This document shows, one piece after another, positions 9,705 to 20,769 of a stretch of 64,000 bases of DNA (within the stretch, counting starts at the first letter, position 1; every line of letters starts with the position of its first letter). A program made the position numbers and the translations under genes. A model generated the notes under the pieces. The model searched no databases and was not told the DNA's origin. It saw only the letters and a program-made list of their open reading frames with translations. Source of the DNA: a bacterium (GTDB lineage Bacteria > DRYD01); assembly GCA_039630415.1 (NCBI GenBank), contig JBCNVB010000013.1, forward strand, positions 96,001 through 160,000, in the 5' to 3' direction.

Positions 9705-12359
9705 ATGAGTATGGATCTGAATAAAAGTTATGATTTTAAAGAAGTAGAGAATCAGGTTATCAAAGAATTTAGCCAAATGGAAATTAATCCTCAGTTTGCC
9801 CAGAATACATTCAGTATAGCTGTTCCTCCACCAAATGTTACTGGCTCCCTTCATATGGGACATGCTTTGAATTGTACAATCCAAGATTTTCTGATTAGAT
9901 ATAACCTTCTTTTGGGTAAAGACAGTGTATGGTTTGTTGGTACTGATCATGCTGGTATAGCTACTCAAACAGTCGTTGAAAAAAACCTCCTTAAACAAGG
10001 AATAAGAAGAAGTGATATAACACCCGAAGAATTTCTTAGCAAAATCTGGGAATGGAAAGAACAGTACGGTAGCATTATCTTAGATCAATTTCAAAGACTA
10101 GGCATATACGCAAATATAAAATCTGCTAGATTTACAATGGACCCAGAATATACTAAAGCTGTTAAAAAAGCTTTTGTAGAACTTTACAAAAAAGGTTATG
10201 TATATAAGGGTAAAAGAGTGGTGAACTGGTGCCCCAGATGTTTGACCAGTCTTTCTGATCTAGAAGTGGTTCATAAACCAACACCAACTAAACTCTACTA
10301 TGTAAAATATAAACTGAATGATGGATACATAATAATCTGTACTACTCGTCCTGAAACAATATTAGCAGATACTGCCATAGCTGTCAACCCCAATGATAAA
10401 AGATACTCTTCTTTGATAGGAAATTATGCTGAAGTACCAATAGTTAAGAGGTTGGTCCCTATAATATCTGATCAAGAAGTAGATATGGAATTTGGAACAG
10501 GAGCACTAAAAGTTACTCCAGCCCACGACTTTAATGACTTCAAAATATACCAAAAAAATCAACAAATTGACATAATTAACATATTTAACACCAAAGCCCA
10601 ATTAGTAATAGATAAAATAATAAATGAACACAACAAGGAAATCTTAGAATCCTATCAAGGATTAGATAGATATCAAGCAAGAGAAAAAATCATCAAAGAC
10701 CTAACTGAGCAAAACTTACTACACAAGATAGAGGATTATACAACCAACATAGGTTATTGCTATAGGTGTGATACAGTAATAGAACCCTACTATTCTGATC
10801 AATGGTTTATATCGATGAAAGAACTTGTTAGAAAACCTAAGGAAGTAGTGGAGAATGATCAGATAAGATTTTTCCCTTCAACGTATAAAAAAGTAGTGAT
10901 AGATTGGTATGAGAATATTCAAGATTGGTGTGTTTCTAGACAGATATTATGGGGTCATAGAATACCTGTGTACTACTGTAAAGATTGTGGGTATGAGGAT
11001 GCTAGTGAAGAAGAATTGAGAGTTTGTCCTAAGTGTGGGAAAAATTTAGAGCAAGAGAAAGATGTGTTGGATACATGGTTTAGTTCAGCTTTATGGCCAT
11101 TTGCTGTTATGTATTGGCCCCTCGATAAGTTTCAGAAATATCAACAAAACTACTACCCAACAAATGTACTAACAACTGCAAGAGAAATAGTTTTTCTTTG
11201 GGTTTCCAGAATGATAGTTATGTCAATGTTTTTCTTAAATCAAATACCTTTTAAAGATGTAATAATCCATGCTGTTATACTAGCTCCATCAGGAAAAAGA
11301 ATGAGTAAATCTTTAGGAACAGGAATAGATCCACTTGAGTTAATAGAGAAATATGGAGCGGATGCTTTGAGAATGGGACTAATTATTCAAACTGCAGAAT
11401 CACAAGACGTAAAATTTAGCTATGAAAAAATCGAGATGGCAAGGAATTTTATTAACAAAATATGGAACTCCATAAGATACTTCCAAATAAGAAAAACTAA
11501 TCCCAATGCTAAATCAAAACTATCTTTTCAAACCATCGAACTTATAAACCTTTGGCTATACCTAAATCTCTACGAATTAGTAAATAAGCTTGATCAACTG
11601 GCAAATAACTACAAATTCTTTGATTATTGTATGAGTTTATATCAATTTGTTTGGAATGTTTTCTGTGATTGGTATATAGAGTTTACTAAGTTCATGGATT
11701 ATTCTGATTTTGAAAAAACAGTACAAGATGCCTTAAGAATAATTCTTCTATATCTTCATCCGTTAACTCCATTCTCTACTTATTTCCTGTATCAAAAAAT
11801 ATTCCAAAAAAACATAATGCAAGAAAAAATTCAAAATGCTAAGGATGCGATACAAGAACAAATTCAAAACATAGAGAATGAGGGTATAAAATGTTCGAAA
11901 ATTGATGATTTAATAGAATCAATAAAGCAGATAAGACCATTTATAAATGAGATAATAAATTTAACTGCTAAACAGAATGTAACTGTACACTATCAAAGCT
12001 TTGATGATCAAATAGATCATAGGGATCTAATTTTCTTGTTCAATACATTTACGAAAACTGTACATAATGCAGTTAATGATCATAAAATTGACGAACAACT
12101 ATCAAACTACTTTGTTATAAATACGAAAATAGGAAGTATAAAAATATTCGTAGAAAAGGAATACATATCCAAATTTAGGGAGTTTGTAGACCAAAAAATA
12201 AGGAAGTTAGAGGAAAATGTGAACAAAATACAAAAACTTCTTAACAATTCAGAATTCATTTTAAAAGCAGATAGACAAGTGGTTGATAACTACCGAGAAC
12301 AACTTCAAAACTACCTTCAAATGATAGAGATTAACAAAACGATACTGGATCAAATATAG
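9705..12359 (+). CDS. valS: valine--tRNA ligase
   Basis: [47 protein letters not shown]-terminal coiled coil. Confidence 0.98.
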   Translation: MSMDLNKSYDFKEVENQVIKEFSQMEINPQFAQNTFSIAVPPPNVTGSLHMGHALNCTIQDFLIRYNLLLGKDSVWFVGTDHAGIATQTVVEKNLLKQGIRRSDITPEEFLSKIWEWKEQYGSIILDQFQRLGIYANIKSARFTMDPEYTKAVKKAFVELYKKGYVYKGKRVVNWCPRCLTSLSDLEVVHKPTPTKLYYVKYKLNDGYIIICTTRPETILADTAIAVNPNDKRYSSLIGNYAEVPIVKRLVPIISDQEVDMEFGTGALKVTPAHDFNDFKIYQKNQQIDIINIFNTKAQLVIDKIINEHNKEILESYQGLDRYQAREKIIKDLTEQNLLHKIEDYTTNIGYCYRCDTVIEPYYSDQWFISMKELVRKPKEVVENDQIRFFPSTYKKVVIDWYENIQDWCVSRQILWGHRIPVYYCKDCGYEDASEEELRVCPKCGKNLEQEKDVLDTWFSSALWPFAVMYWPLDKFQKYQQNYYPTNVLTTAREIVFLWVSRMIVMSMFFLNQIPFKDVIIHAVILAPSGKRMSKSLGTGIDPLELIEKYGADALRMGLIIQTAESQDVKFSYEKIEMARNFINKIWNSIRYFQIRKTNPNAKSKLSFQTIELINLWLYLNLYELVNKLDQLANNYKFFDYCMSLYQFVWNVFCDWYIEFTKFMDYSDFEKTVQDALRIILLYLHPLTPFSTYFLYQKIFQKNIMQEKIQNAKDAIQEQIQNIENEGIKCSKIDDLIESIKQIRPFINEIINLTAKQNVTVHYQSFDDQIDHRDLIFLFNTFTKTVHNAVNDHKIDEQLSNYFVINTKIGSIKIFVEKEYISKFREFVDQKIRKLEENVNKIQKLLNNSEFILKADRQVVDNYREQLQNYLQMIEINKTILDQI

Positions 12360-12381
12360 GTTCAGGATTTCACTACAATTT

Positions 12382-13464
12382 ATGCTTTGTAGAAATATTA
12401 GACTTCTAAAACCGGTTGATATAAAAAAACACTTAGATGACTACGTTATAGGTCAAGAAAGGGCAAAAAAGATATTATCAGTGGCTGTTTACAATCATTA
12501 TAAAAGAGTACTATTGGGTACTAGAGGTAGTGTAGTAGAGGAGATGGGATTACAAGAGGTAGAGTTACCAAAATCAAACGTATTGATGATAGGTCCCACA
12601 GGATCTGGAAAAACATACTTAGCTAGTACTCTAGCTAAGATATTGAATGTACCTTTTTCTATATCTGATGCTACTTCTCTAACGGAGGCTGGTTATGTTG
12701 GAGAAGATGTTGAAAATATTCTGCTTAGGTTAATTCAAGCTGCTGGCTGGGATATAGAATATGCTCAGATTGGTATATGCTATATAGATGAAATAGATAA
12801 GATAGCCAGAAAGAGTGCGGATAATCCTTCTATAACGAGGGATGTTTCGGGAGAGGGAGTGCAACAAGCTTTGCTAAAAATCCTTGAAGGAACCATAGCT
12901 AACGTACCTCCTCAAGGAGGTAGAAAACATCCCCATCAACAATTCATACAATTCGATACCACCAACGTACTATTTATAGCTGGTGGAGCTTTCAGTGGTA
13001 TAGAGGATATAATAAAATCCAGATTAAAAACTTCTTCCATAGGATTTAGAACAAATCCAACAAAACAGGAAGAAACTGACTATATATCATCAGTAGACAA
13101 TGAAGATCTCTTAAAGTATGGATTTATACCTGAGTTCATAGGTAGGTTTCCTGTTATAGCAACTCTATCTAAATTGGGTTTGGAGGAATTGAAGGATATA
13201 CTTGTTAAGCCGAAGAACTCTATAATAAAACAGTATCAAAAATTACTAGCTTTAGATGGTATAAAGCTAACGGTGGAAAAGGAAGCGATAGAAACTATAG
13301 CACAAAAAGCTTACGAGAGTAAGACGGGTGCAAGAGCACTCAAGTCTATTGTAGAAAATATACTCCTAGATGTAATGTTTGAAATACCTCACCTAGAAAA
13401 TGTCAAGGAAGTGATAATTACTAAGCAAGTAGTAACTGAAAACAAAAAACCGATCTTGAAATGA
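12382..13464 (+). CDS. clpX: ATP-dependent Clp protease ATPase ClpX (lacks N-terminal zinc-binding domain)
   Basis: [48 protein letters not shown] loop. Confidence 0.96.
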   Translation: MLCRNIRLLKPVDIKKHLDDYVIGQERAKKILSVAVYNHYKRVLLGTRGSVVEEMGLQEVELPKSNVLMIGPTGSGKTYLASTLAKILNVPFSISDATSLTEAGYVGEDVENILLRLIQAAGWDIEYAQIGICYIDEIDKIARKSADNPSITRDVSGEGVQQALLKILEGTIANVPPQGGRKHPHQQFIQFDTTNVLFIAGGAFSGIEDIIKSRLKTSSIGFRTNPTKQEETDYISSVDNEDLLKYGFIPEFIGRFPVIATLSKLGLEELKDILVKPKNSIIKQYQKLLALDGIKLTVEKEAIETIAQKAYESKTGARALKSIVENILLDVMFEIPHLENVKEVIITKQVVTENKKPILK

Positions 13465-15245
13465 ATCAAATAGAGCTTGTAAAAAAACTAGCAAATATAA
13501 ACCTAGTTTACGTGGCAATTATTGTATTTATAAATCTACTAAGCTACTTCTCGTTCAAAAGTTTAGATTTGATACTTATAGGATTAAGTGTAATAGTAAT
13601 GTTTGTTTCTTCTTTGCCATATTTTAGGGAATTCAATATAGAGAATTTCAAGCTAACATTTTTTCTCCAAGGGTTAGGGCTGGTTGCTATATGTATATTC
13701 CTAACGTTTAAAAACCCACTCTATATTTTTCTCTTAGGTTTAAATGCTACATACATATTCTCGTTGTCAATTTTTAAGGATGGATATAAATATGCTATAC
13801 CTCTTTTGATCTTGTCAATTATACCCATATTTTACTTCTTGTTCGATGCTAAATATATCATTCAGCTAAGTAAGATTTATAGTAGTATACAAAGTTTTAG
13901 AGGAGGATATTTGAATTTTTTGTTGGTATTTGTATTCATAATTTCTATTGGATTATATGTTGTTACCCAACTTAGAAGCTTCATAATGGATTATTACAAA
14001 TCTCAGGTTATGAGTAATATTCAGGCTAGAATGGATGAGATAAATAGGGTTGCACAGCAAAAAGCAAGAGAAGCTGAAGAAAAACATAGAGAAATAATTC
14101 TAGTAAAAGAAAAGCAAGAAAAGATATTTGCTATAAATACTGATCTAGCAAAAAGAGTAAAGAACATAAAAGCTCAGCTACAATATATTTCTTCCGAATT
14201 AAAAGATATGTTATATGCTACTGGTGTAGTAGTGTTGTTTGAAAGAGGTGGATTTATAACTGCGGATTACCATGTTGATGTTCCTTTACCAGTTGTTGAT
14301 ACCCTTAAAGTATCTCCAAAAACAAATGAAATTGTTAAAAATTTCATCTTTAAATGCCTAAAAAATAAGGAAATTATGCATATCAATAAAAGAAAAGAAA
14401 TATTTGTTAAAGACTTTAGTAAAGAGGAGTGTATAACGTTTTTACAAAGTCTCTCAAAACTTACATTTGATGTATACGAAATACTCATGGTACCGATAAT
14501 AAACAGCTTTGGGGAATCTATGGGGGTTTTTGTGATATTCAATAGCAGGCAGGATTATTTTACTGATATTGATAAGAGATTAGCTGAGTTATTGGGAGTT
14601 CAAGCGGGAATACTTATTCATAACTCAATGTTAATAAAGAAAATTGAAGATACATTCTACGAGACTATAAATGCTTTTAGCAGTGCTATTGAAGCTAAAG
14701 ATAAATATACACCTGTGCTACATACCTACAGGGTTGGTGAATTGGCATATAAAGTTGCTCTTGAAATGGGTCTAAGTGAGGAGGAAGCAGAAAGGATAAA
14801 AATAGCTGGTATACTTCACGATGTAGGAAAATTAGCTATACCAGATAGTATACTAGCAAAGCAAGGACCATTAACCGAAGAAGAAAGAGAAATAATAAAA
14901 ACTCATTCGGAAGAAGGTAGTAAAATCCTGTCTAAAATTTCATTCTTTAGAGAAAAAAATATTCACATATATGTTCTATACCATCATGAAAGAGTTGACG
15001 GTAGAGGATATCCAAAAGGTCTAAGAGGAAGAGAAATACCGCTAGCATCAAATATCATATCGGTAGCAGATACATATGATGCAATATCTACACCCAGACC
15101 TTATAACAAACACTACGCATCAGAACAAAAAGCAATAGAGATTATTAAAGCAGAAAGAGGAAGACAGTTCTTTGAAGAAGTTGTTGATGCCTTCTTTAGG
15201 GTTTTAGAGAAAGAAAAAGCTAAGAAAAAAGTGGGAAATGTATAA
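13461..15245 (+). CDS. membrane GAF + HD-GYP domain phosphodiesterase
   Basis: N-terminal TMs, coiled coil, GAF-like VPI..GV..FT..D, LHDVGK and [11 protein letters not shown]. Confidence 0.88.
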   Translation: MNQIELVKKLANINLVYVAIIVFINLLSYFSFKSLDLILIGLSVIVMFVSSLPYFREFNIENFKLTFFLQGLGLVAICIFLTFKNPLYIFLLGLNATYIFSLSIFKDGYKYAIPLLILSIIPIFYFLFDAKYIIQLSKIYSSIQSFRGGYLNFLLVFVFIISIGLYVVTQLRSFIMDYYKSQVMSNIQARMDEINRVAQQKAREAEEKHREIILVKEKQEKIFAINTDLAKRVKNIKAQLQYISSELKDMLYATGVVVLFERGGFITADYHVDVPLPVVDTLKVSPKTNEIVKNFIFKCLKNKEIMHINKRKEIFVKDFSKEECITFLQSLSKLTFDVYEILMVPIINSFGESMGVFVIFNSRQDYFTDIDKRLAELLGVQAGILIHNSMLIKKIEDTFYETINAFSSAIEAKDKYTPVLHTYRVGELAYKVALEMGLSEEEAERIKIAGILHDVGKLAIPDSILAKQGPLTEEEREIIKTHSEEGSKILSKISFFREKNIHIYVLYHHERVDGRGYPKGLRGREIPLASNIISVADTYDAISTPRPYNKHYASEQKAIEIIKAERGRQFFEEVVDAFFRVLEKEKAKKKVGNV

Positions 15246-15260
15246 AAAGGAGGAAAAACT

Positions 15261-15806
15261 ATGAAAATAACCTTCTATACTCGAGGAGTAGAAATAGATG
15301 ATCAAACTAGGCTCAGAATAAAAGAAAAATTTGATAGACTAAACCGCTACTTTTCCAAAATAGAAAAATATCAAACTGAAGACACGCTAAAAATTGATAT
15401 ACATGTAGACTATCAAAAAGGCATGTATAATGTCAAAATAATTCTTGATCTTGATGGACAAGAATTGGTTATCAAAGACTCTGCCAATAGCTTAATGGAT
15501 GCAATAAACTCTGTCGTTGATTCAATGGAAATTAAACTCTCAAAATATAAGGATAAGGTTGTTACAGGACATAGACATAGAATCAGAGTAGTTGATAACC
15601 AAGAAAACGAGGAAACACAAACTAAGGAGGTAGATATAATTAGAAAAAGGATAGAAGTACCAGTAATATCTGAAAGAAAAGCAATAAACGCTTTATTACA
15701 GGATAGATCTATTTCTTACTTCGTTTTTTATAACAGGGATACTGACAAAATAAATCTAATCAGCAGAACTGAAAATGGATTGATCTTAACTGAATTAGTT
15801 ATATAA
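15261..15806 (+). CDS. hpf: ribosome hibernation promoting factor, long form
   Basis: S30AE-like N-domain (KLSKYKDK) plus C-terminal FVFYNRDTDKIN domain; directly upstream of secA. Confidence 0.85.
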   Translation: MKITFYTRGVEIDDQTRLRIKEKFDRLNRYFSKIEKYQTEDTLKIDIHVDYQKGMYNVKIILDLDGQELVIKDSANSLMDAINSVVDSMEIKLSKYKDKVVTGHRHRIRVVDNQENEETQTKEVDIIRKRIEVPVISERKAINALLQDRSISYFVFYNRDTDKINLISRTENGLILTELVI

Positions 15807-15821
15807 AACAACCTTTTAAGT

Positions 15822-18320
15822 ATGATTGGTTTACTCAAAAAAATACTAAAAATATTTGACCCTAATGAAAGAGAAATAAAGAAAATACTGCCACTCGTAA
15901 ATAAAATAAACGAATTGGAAAAAGAAATAAGTAATCTATCTGATGGTGAATTAAAACAAAAGACAAATGAGTTCAAGGAGAGATTATCTAAAGGGCAGAG
16001 TTTGGATGACATTCTGCCCGAAGCTTTTGCAGTTGTCAGGGAAACTTCTAAAAGAGTTTTGTCAATGAGACATTTTGATGTTCAACTAATAGGGGGTATA
16101 GTTCTTCATCAGGGAAGAATAGCTGAAATGAAAACGGGTGAAGGTAAAACATTAGTTGCTACTTTACCTGCATATCTGAATTCCTTAACCTCAAATGGTG
16201 TTCACGTAGTAACAGTTAATGATTACCTTGCTAAGAGAGATTCTGAATGGATGGGACCAATTTATCAATTCCTAGGAGTATCTGTCGGATATATTAACCA
16301 GTTAATGGATAAACAAACAAGAAAAAAAATGTATTCTTGTGACATAACATATGTTACTAATTATGAAGTTGGTTTTGATTACCTAAGAGATAACCTGGTT
16401 TATAACCTTCAGGATAGGGTTTTGAGAGGATTAAATTATGCAATAGTAGATGAGGTAGATTCAATATTAATAGATGAGGCGAGAACTCCACTCATCATCT
16501 CTGGACCTGCAGAAGATAAGCCAGAACTATTTGAAAAATTTGCAAAAATCGCTCAAGAAATGAAACCAGATGAACACTATAAAGTAGAAGAAAAATCAAA
16601 CTCAATATCATTAACCGAACAAGGAATTGCATTTTTGGAACAAAAGCTTAAAATCAATGACTTATATAGTAATGAAAATTGGATTTATGCTTTCCATATA
16701 AATGTAGCACTCAAAGCTAAGGAATTTTTCAAGAAAGATAAAGAGTACATTATAGAAAACGGAGAGATAATAATAATCGATGAGTTTACTGGTAGGAAAA
16801 TGTATGGTAGAAGATTTTCGGGTGGAATACATCAAGCTATCGAAGCCAAAGAGGGAATAAAAGTTAGACATGATAATCGAACCCTCGCTACCATAACTTA
16901 CCAGAACTTCTTTAGAATGTATAAAAAACTTGCTGGCATGACTGGAACTGCTGCTACAGAAGAACAAGAGTTTAAACAAATCTATAACATGGATGTAGTG
17001 GTTATACCAACATATAAACCTACAAGAAGAAAAGATCATTCGGATAAAGTATTTATGGATGAAGGGGAAAAATTTGCCGCTTTAGTAGATTTTGTCGAGG
17101 AGTTACATAAAGCTGGTAGACCAGTACTGATCGGAACAAGAAATATAGTAAAAAATGAAGTAATCTCGAGAATGCTAAGTCAAAAAGGAATACCACATAA
17201 TGTTTTAAATGCTAAGAATCATGAGAAAGAAGCCGAAATAATAGCTCAGGCTGGTAAAATTGGAGCAGTTACAGTGGCAACTAACATGGCTGGTAGAGGA
17301 GTGGATATCATTTTGGGAGGCAAACCTCTATCAGATTCCGAACTATGTAACTTACCAGACTGTAAGGTAGAGTTCAAACATACCCCCGAATATCACAAAG
17401 TGGTTGAGTTAGGGGGATTATATGTTATCGGAACTGAAAGGCATGAATCGAGAAGAATAGATAATCAACTTAGGGGTAGGGCTGGAAGGTTGGGAGACAA
17501 TGGAGATACCATTTTTTTTGTCTCTCTTGAAGATGAATTATTCAAAATCTTTGGAGGAGAAAGTCTTAATAACTTGAAAAAATTATTCGCTTCTTTAGGA
17601 CCAAAGGGAAGCGTAGATTCTGTTCTTATAGACGCACAACTAAATGCTCTACAAAAGAAAATTGAAGCCTTTCACTTTCAAATAAGAAAAACTCTATTAG
17701 CCTATGATGACGTAATTAATAGACAAAGGGAAGTAATATACAAAGAAAGAGATAGGATTCTACATAAAACAGAAATATTCGAAGTTATTCTTTCTACTGT
17801 CATTGAAGTTATGGAAAGAACTCTGAACTATATCTTGTCTTTTCAAGAAAGTGTATATACTAAGGAAGGAGTTCTAAATAAAATAAAGGAGTTTTGGAAC
17901 AACTTTAACCTTGAAAAGAATATGATGTTTAAAGTTATCGAGATATTTAATGAAAAGATACCAGCAACTATTACTTCTGAAGGACTGCAAAAAATTTTTG
18001 ATGAACTGGATGATACAATTGCAAGTATGATGCTTTTTGAGCTCAAGCAAAAACTTAGTCTAAATAATTTGCCTGAAGATATAATACTCGAAGTACTTAA
18101 AAATGTGTTACTAGAAATTCTAGATAAACATTGGATAGAGCACTTACATAATATTGAATATCTTAGGGAAGGTATAAAACTTAGAGGATGGGGAAACATA
18201 GATCCTTTAACTGCTTTCAGAACAGAAGCTAATGAATTGTTTGAAGAGATGATCTTGAATATCCATAATGACATCATGCGTACTGTTTTTAATTTGGTTG
18301 TAGTTGTCAGATTTGTTTAG
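15822..18320 (+). CDS. secA: preprotein translocase ATPase SecA
   Basis: EMKTGEGKT, VDEVDSILIDEARTPLIISG, ATNMAGRG, HESRRIDNQLRGRAGR. Confidence 0.98.
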   Translation: MIGLLKKILKIFDPNEREIKKILPLVNKINELEKEISNLSDGELKQKTNEFKERLSKGQSLDDILPEAFAVVRETSKRVLSMRHFDVQLIGGIVLHQGRIAEMKTGEGKTLVATLPAYLNSLTSNGVHVVTVNDYLAKRDSEWMGPIYQFLGVSVGYINQLMDKQTRKKMYSCDITYVTNYEVGFDYLRDNLVYNLQDRVLRGLNYAIVDEVDSILIDEARTPLIISGPAEDKPELFEKFAKIAQEMKPDEHYKVEEKSNSISLTEQGIAFLEQKLKINDLYSNENWIYAFHINVALKAKEFFKKDKEYIIENGEIIIIDEFTGRKMYGRRFSGGIHQAIEAKEGIKVRHDNRTLATITYQNFFRMYKKLAGMTGTAATEEQEFKQIYNMDVVVIPTYKPTRRKDHSDKVFMDEGEKFAALVDFVEELHKAGRPVLIGTRNIVKNEVISRMLSQKGIPHNVLNAKNHEKEAEIIAQAGKIGAVTVATNMAGRGVDIILGGKPLSDSELCNLPDCKVEFKHTPEYHKVVELGGLYVIGTERHESRRIDNQLRGRAGRLGDNGDTIFFVSLEDELFKIFGGESLNNLKKLFASLGPKGSVDSVLIDAQLNALQKKIEAFHFQIRKTLLAYDDVINRQREVIYKERDRILHKTEIFEVILSTVIEVMERTLNYILSFQESVYTKEGVLNKIKEFWNNFNLEKNMMFKVIEIFNEKIPATITSEGLQKIFDELDDTIASMMLFELKQKLSLNNLPEDIILEVLKNVLLEILDKHWIEHLHNIEYLREGIKLRGWGNIDPLTAFRTEANELFEEMILNIHNDIMRTVFNLVVVVRFV

Positions 18321-18382
18321 TATCATCTTTGTTTAGTATTATCCACTGTCCATTCACGTTTTGTCTATAATCTAACGTCATT

Positions 18383-18403
18383 TTTACATTTTTTTCACAT
18401 TTA
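18383..18403 (+). promoter_or_regulatory. direct-repeat box TTTACA-TTTTT-TTCACA-TTTA
   Basis: Hexamers at 18383 and 18394; 56 nt before ATG 18456. Confidence 0.65.
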
Positions 18404-18455
18404 CTGCTCTAAAAGAAGCTATTTCAGTGAAATCCTAAGATAAGGAGGTAAAATT

Positions 18456-19556
18456 ATGAACGTTAACATATATGTAGGACCAAGAGAATATAACGCTTTA
18501 TGTACGGCAATATCACAGATAGTTTTTTCACAGTCCAGGGAAGTTAAGGAATATGTTCCGATTGGTTTTAACTATAGAAACCATCTATTTGAAATTCAAG
18601 AGAATTTGGAAAGAGAATACATTAAAGCATTGGGTTTAGAGGACGAATCTCATGCTGAAAATTTGGCCAGCTTTTTTATAGAGCAAATAGATTCTCAAAT
18701 ACCACAAAAATTGTACTATGTTAAAGGTAAGAAAGTTGAGGTAATAGCAGCTAATCCAGAAGAGGGTGTTAAACTTGCTAAAGAGTCAGATGAATTTATA
18801 AATAGATTTGCTTCCTACTTATCCAAACCATTCCATTCTAAACAATATGTTATGACGCTCCATAAAGATCCACATAGAAAGGTATTGACTGCTTTGCATA
18901 AACCCGGTCAAAGTGTAGTTATAGGACAAGTTTATAATCAAAATGGGAATTCTACATTGGAAAGAGATGTTTTATATCATGAATTGGGTCATTCTTTATT
19001 GGATGGTATAGTTCCTCAGGCTAAGCGATGCTTTAGTGAAGCTTTTGCAGACATAATGGCATTCCTGAATCAAGCTTCAAAACCAGATCAAGTAAAGGAT
19101 ATAAAAGACTTCAGAAAAAGTAACAGAATATCTCAAATTGCTGAAAATAGTGCTATTGCAAAAGATCACAAGCTGAGTTATATACGTGATTTGGCTCAAC
19201 AACATAGATATAATTGGGTTGATGAATATGAAGCTGGATCAGCTGTAGCAAGTGCTTTTTACAGAACATGGGCAAATTATGTAGAGGGTTTGAAATCAAA
19301 GGGTATACCTCAAGAAGAAGCGGTTAAGATAGCCAATGATAAATTTTCTAGGTTAGCAATAAGGGCTGCTGAAAACTTAGCTAATCATAAAGAACCCAAA
19401 GCCATACACTATGCGGAGTCTATACTAAAAAATCTCGATTCAGATCATGAACTCAGAAAATTATACTACGAGGAACTGCAAAAAATCGGATATAAAGAAG
19501 CTTTAGAGCATCAAAGGCGTGTTGAGGAAGAATTAAGAAAGTTAGGGATACATTAA
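18456..19556 (+). CDS. thermolysin-like (gluzincin) zinc metalloprotease paralog, unit A
   Basis: DVLYHELGH..FSEAFADI..YIRDL; AAGGAGG RBS; no signal peptide. Confidence 0.75.
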   Translation: MNVNIYVGPREYNALCTAISQIVFSQSREVKEYVPIGFNYRNHLFEIQENLEREYIKALGLEDESHAENLASFFIEQIDSQIPQKLYYVKGKKVEVIAANPEEGVKLAKESDEFINRFASYLSKPFHSKQYVMTLHKDPHRKVLTALHKPGQSVVIGQVYNQNGNSTLERDVLYHELGHSLLDGIVPQAKRCFSEAFADIMAFLNQASKPDQVKDIKDFRKSNRISQIAENSAIAKDHKLSYIRDLAQQHRYNWVDEYEAGSAVASAFYRTWANYVEGLKSKGIPQEEAVKIANDKFSRLAIRAAENLANHKEPKAIHYAESILKNLDSDHELRKLYYEELQKIGYKEALEHQRRVEEELRKLGIH

Positions 19557-19579
19557 AATGTTAAAGAGGTGAAAAGATT

Positions 19580-20668
19580 ATGAATATTTCCATTGAGAAA
19601 GAAAGGTTGTTCTCTATTTATGATAGGGCAAGGGAATATAATGCTCTATGCAGAACTGTGTCAGAAGTTATTCGTTCACATTCTAGAGAGGTTAGAGATT
19701 ATGTTCCAATCAGTTTTAGCTATATAAATCATTTGTTAGAAATTCAGGAGGCTTTAGAAAGGGAATTCGCGAAAGCATTAGATTCATTAGGTTTAGAAAG
19801 AGAATATAGAGTTGAGAATTTGGCAAGTTCTTTTATGAAATACATGAATATTGTGATGCCAGAAAAATCATACTACGTTAAAGGTAAAAAAGTTGAAGTA
19901 ATAGCTGCCAATTCTCAAGAAGCAGTTAGACTTGCAAAAGAATCTGATGAATTCATAAATAGATTTAGTTCTTACTTATCTAAACCATTTAATTCTAAGC
20001 ATTATGTTGTAACGCTCCAACAAGGTGGAAAATTAAATGCTTCGTATATGTCAGGTGAAAATGTTGTTTTGGGAGGGGTATATAATGAAAAAGGGAATTC
20101 CGTACTGGAAAGGGATGTTTTATATCATGAGCTAGGTCATTCTTTTTTGAATAGTATGGTTCCTCGGGCTAGAGAATGTTTTCATGAAGCTTTTGCGGAC
20201 ATAACGGCATTTTTGAATCAAGCCTCAAAACCTGATCAGATAAAGGATATAAAAGACTTTAGAAAAAGCAATAGAATATCTCAAATAGCTGAGAATACGG
20301 CTATTGCAAAATTTTATGGAATGAATTATGTACGTGATCTGTCTGGGCAGAATAGGTATAAATTGAATTCAAATGATGCACATGGTCGTGGTGCTGCAGT
20401 AGCAACTGCTTTTTACAGAACATGGGCAAATTATGTAGAGAGTTTGAAATCAAAAGGTATATCTCAAGAGGAAGCAGTTAGGATAGCTAACGACAAATTT
20501 TCTAGGGTAGCAATAAAGGCTGCCGAAAACTTAGCCAATCACAAACAACCGTCAGCTTTAGACTATGCACAATCTATACTGAAAAACCTTGATACAGATC
20601 CTGAAATTAAAAAGTTATATTACAGTGAGCTAGAAAAAATTGGATATCAACAAGCTTTAAAAAGTTAA
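19580..20668 (+). CDS. thermolysin-like zinc metalloprotease paralog, unit B
   Basis: LNASY, DVLYHELGH, FHEAFADI, YVRDL, DAHGRG. Confidence 0.78.
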   Translation: MNISIEKERLFSIYDRAREYNALCRTVSEVIRSHSREVRDYVPISFSYINHLLEIQEALEREFAKALDSLGLEREYRVENLASSFMKYMNIVMPEKSYYVKGKKVEVIAANSQEAVRLAKESDEFINRFSSYLSKPFNSKHYVVTLQQGGKLNASYMSGENVVLGGVYNEKGNSVLERDVLYHELGHSFLNSMVPRARECFHEAFADITAFLNQASKPDQIKDIKDFRKSNRISQIAENTAIAKFYGMNYVRDLSGQNRYKLNSNDAHGRGAAVATAFYRTWANYVESLKSKGISQEEAVRIANDKFSRVAIKAAENLANHKQPSALDYAQSILKNLDTDPEIKKLYYSELEKIGYQQALKS

Positions 20669-20693
20669 CAGAATTTTTTTGTAGTATATTGTT

Positions 20694-20714
20694 TTTACAT
20701 TTTCTTTACATTTA
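20694..20714 (+). promoter_or_regulatory. direct-repeat box TTTACA-TTTTC-TTTACA-TTTA
   Basis: Hexamers at 20694 and 20705; 59 nt before ATG 20770. Confidence 0.65.
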
Positions 20715-20769
20715 CTTGTGTATGAAAAACTATCTTACTTAAATCCCCATATAAGGAGGTAGAAAGATT

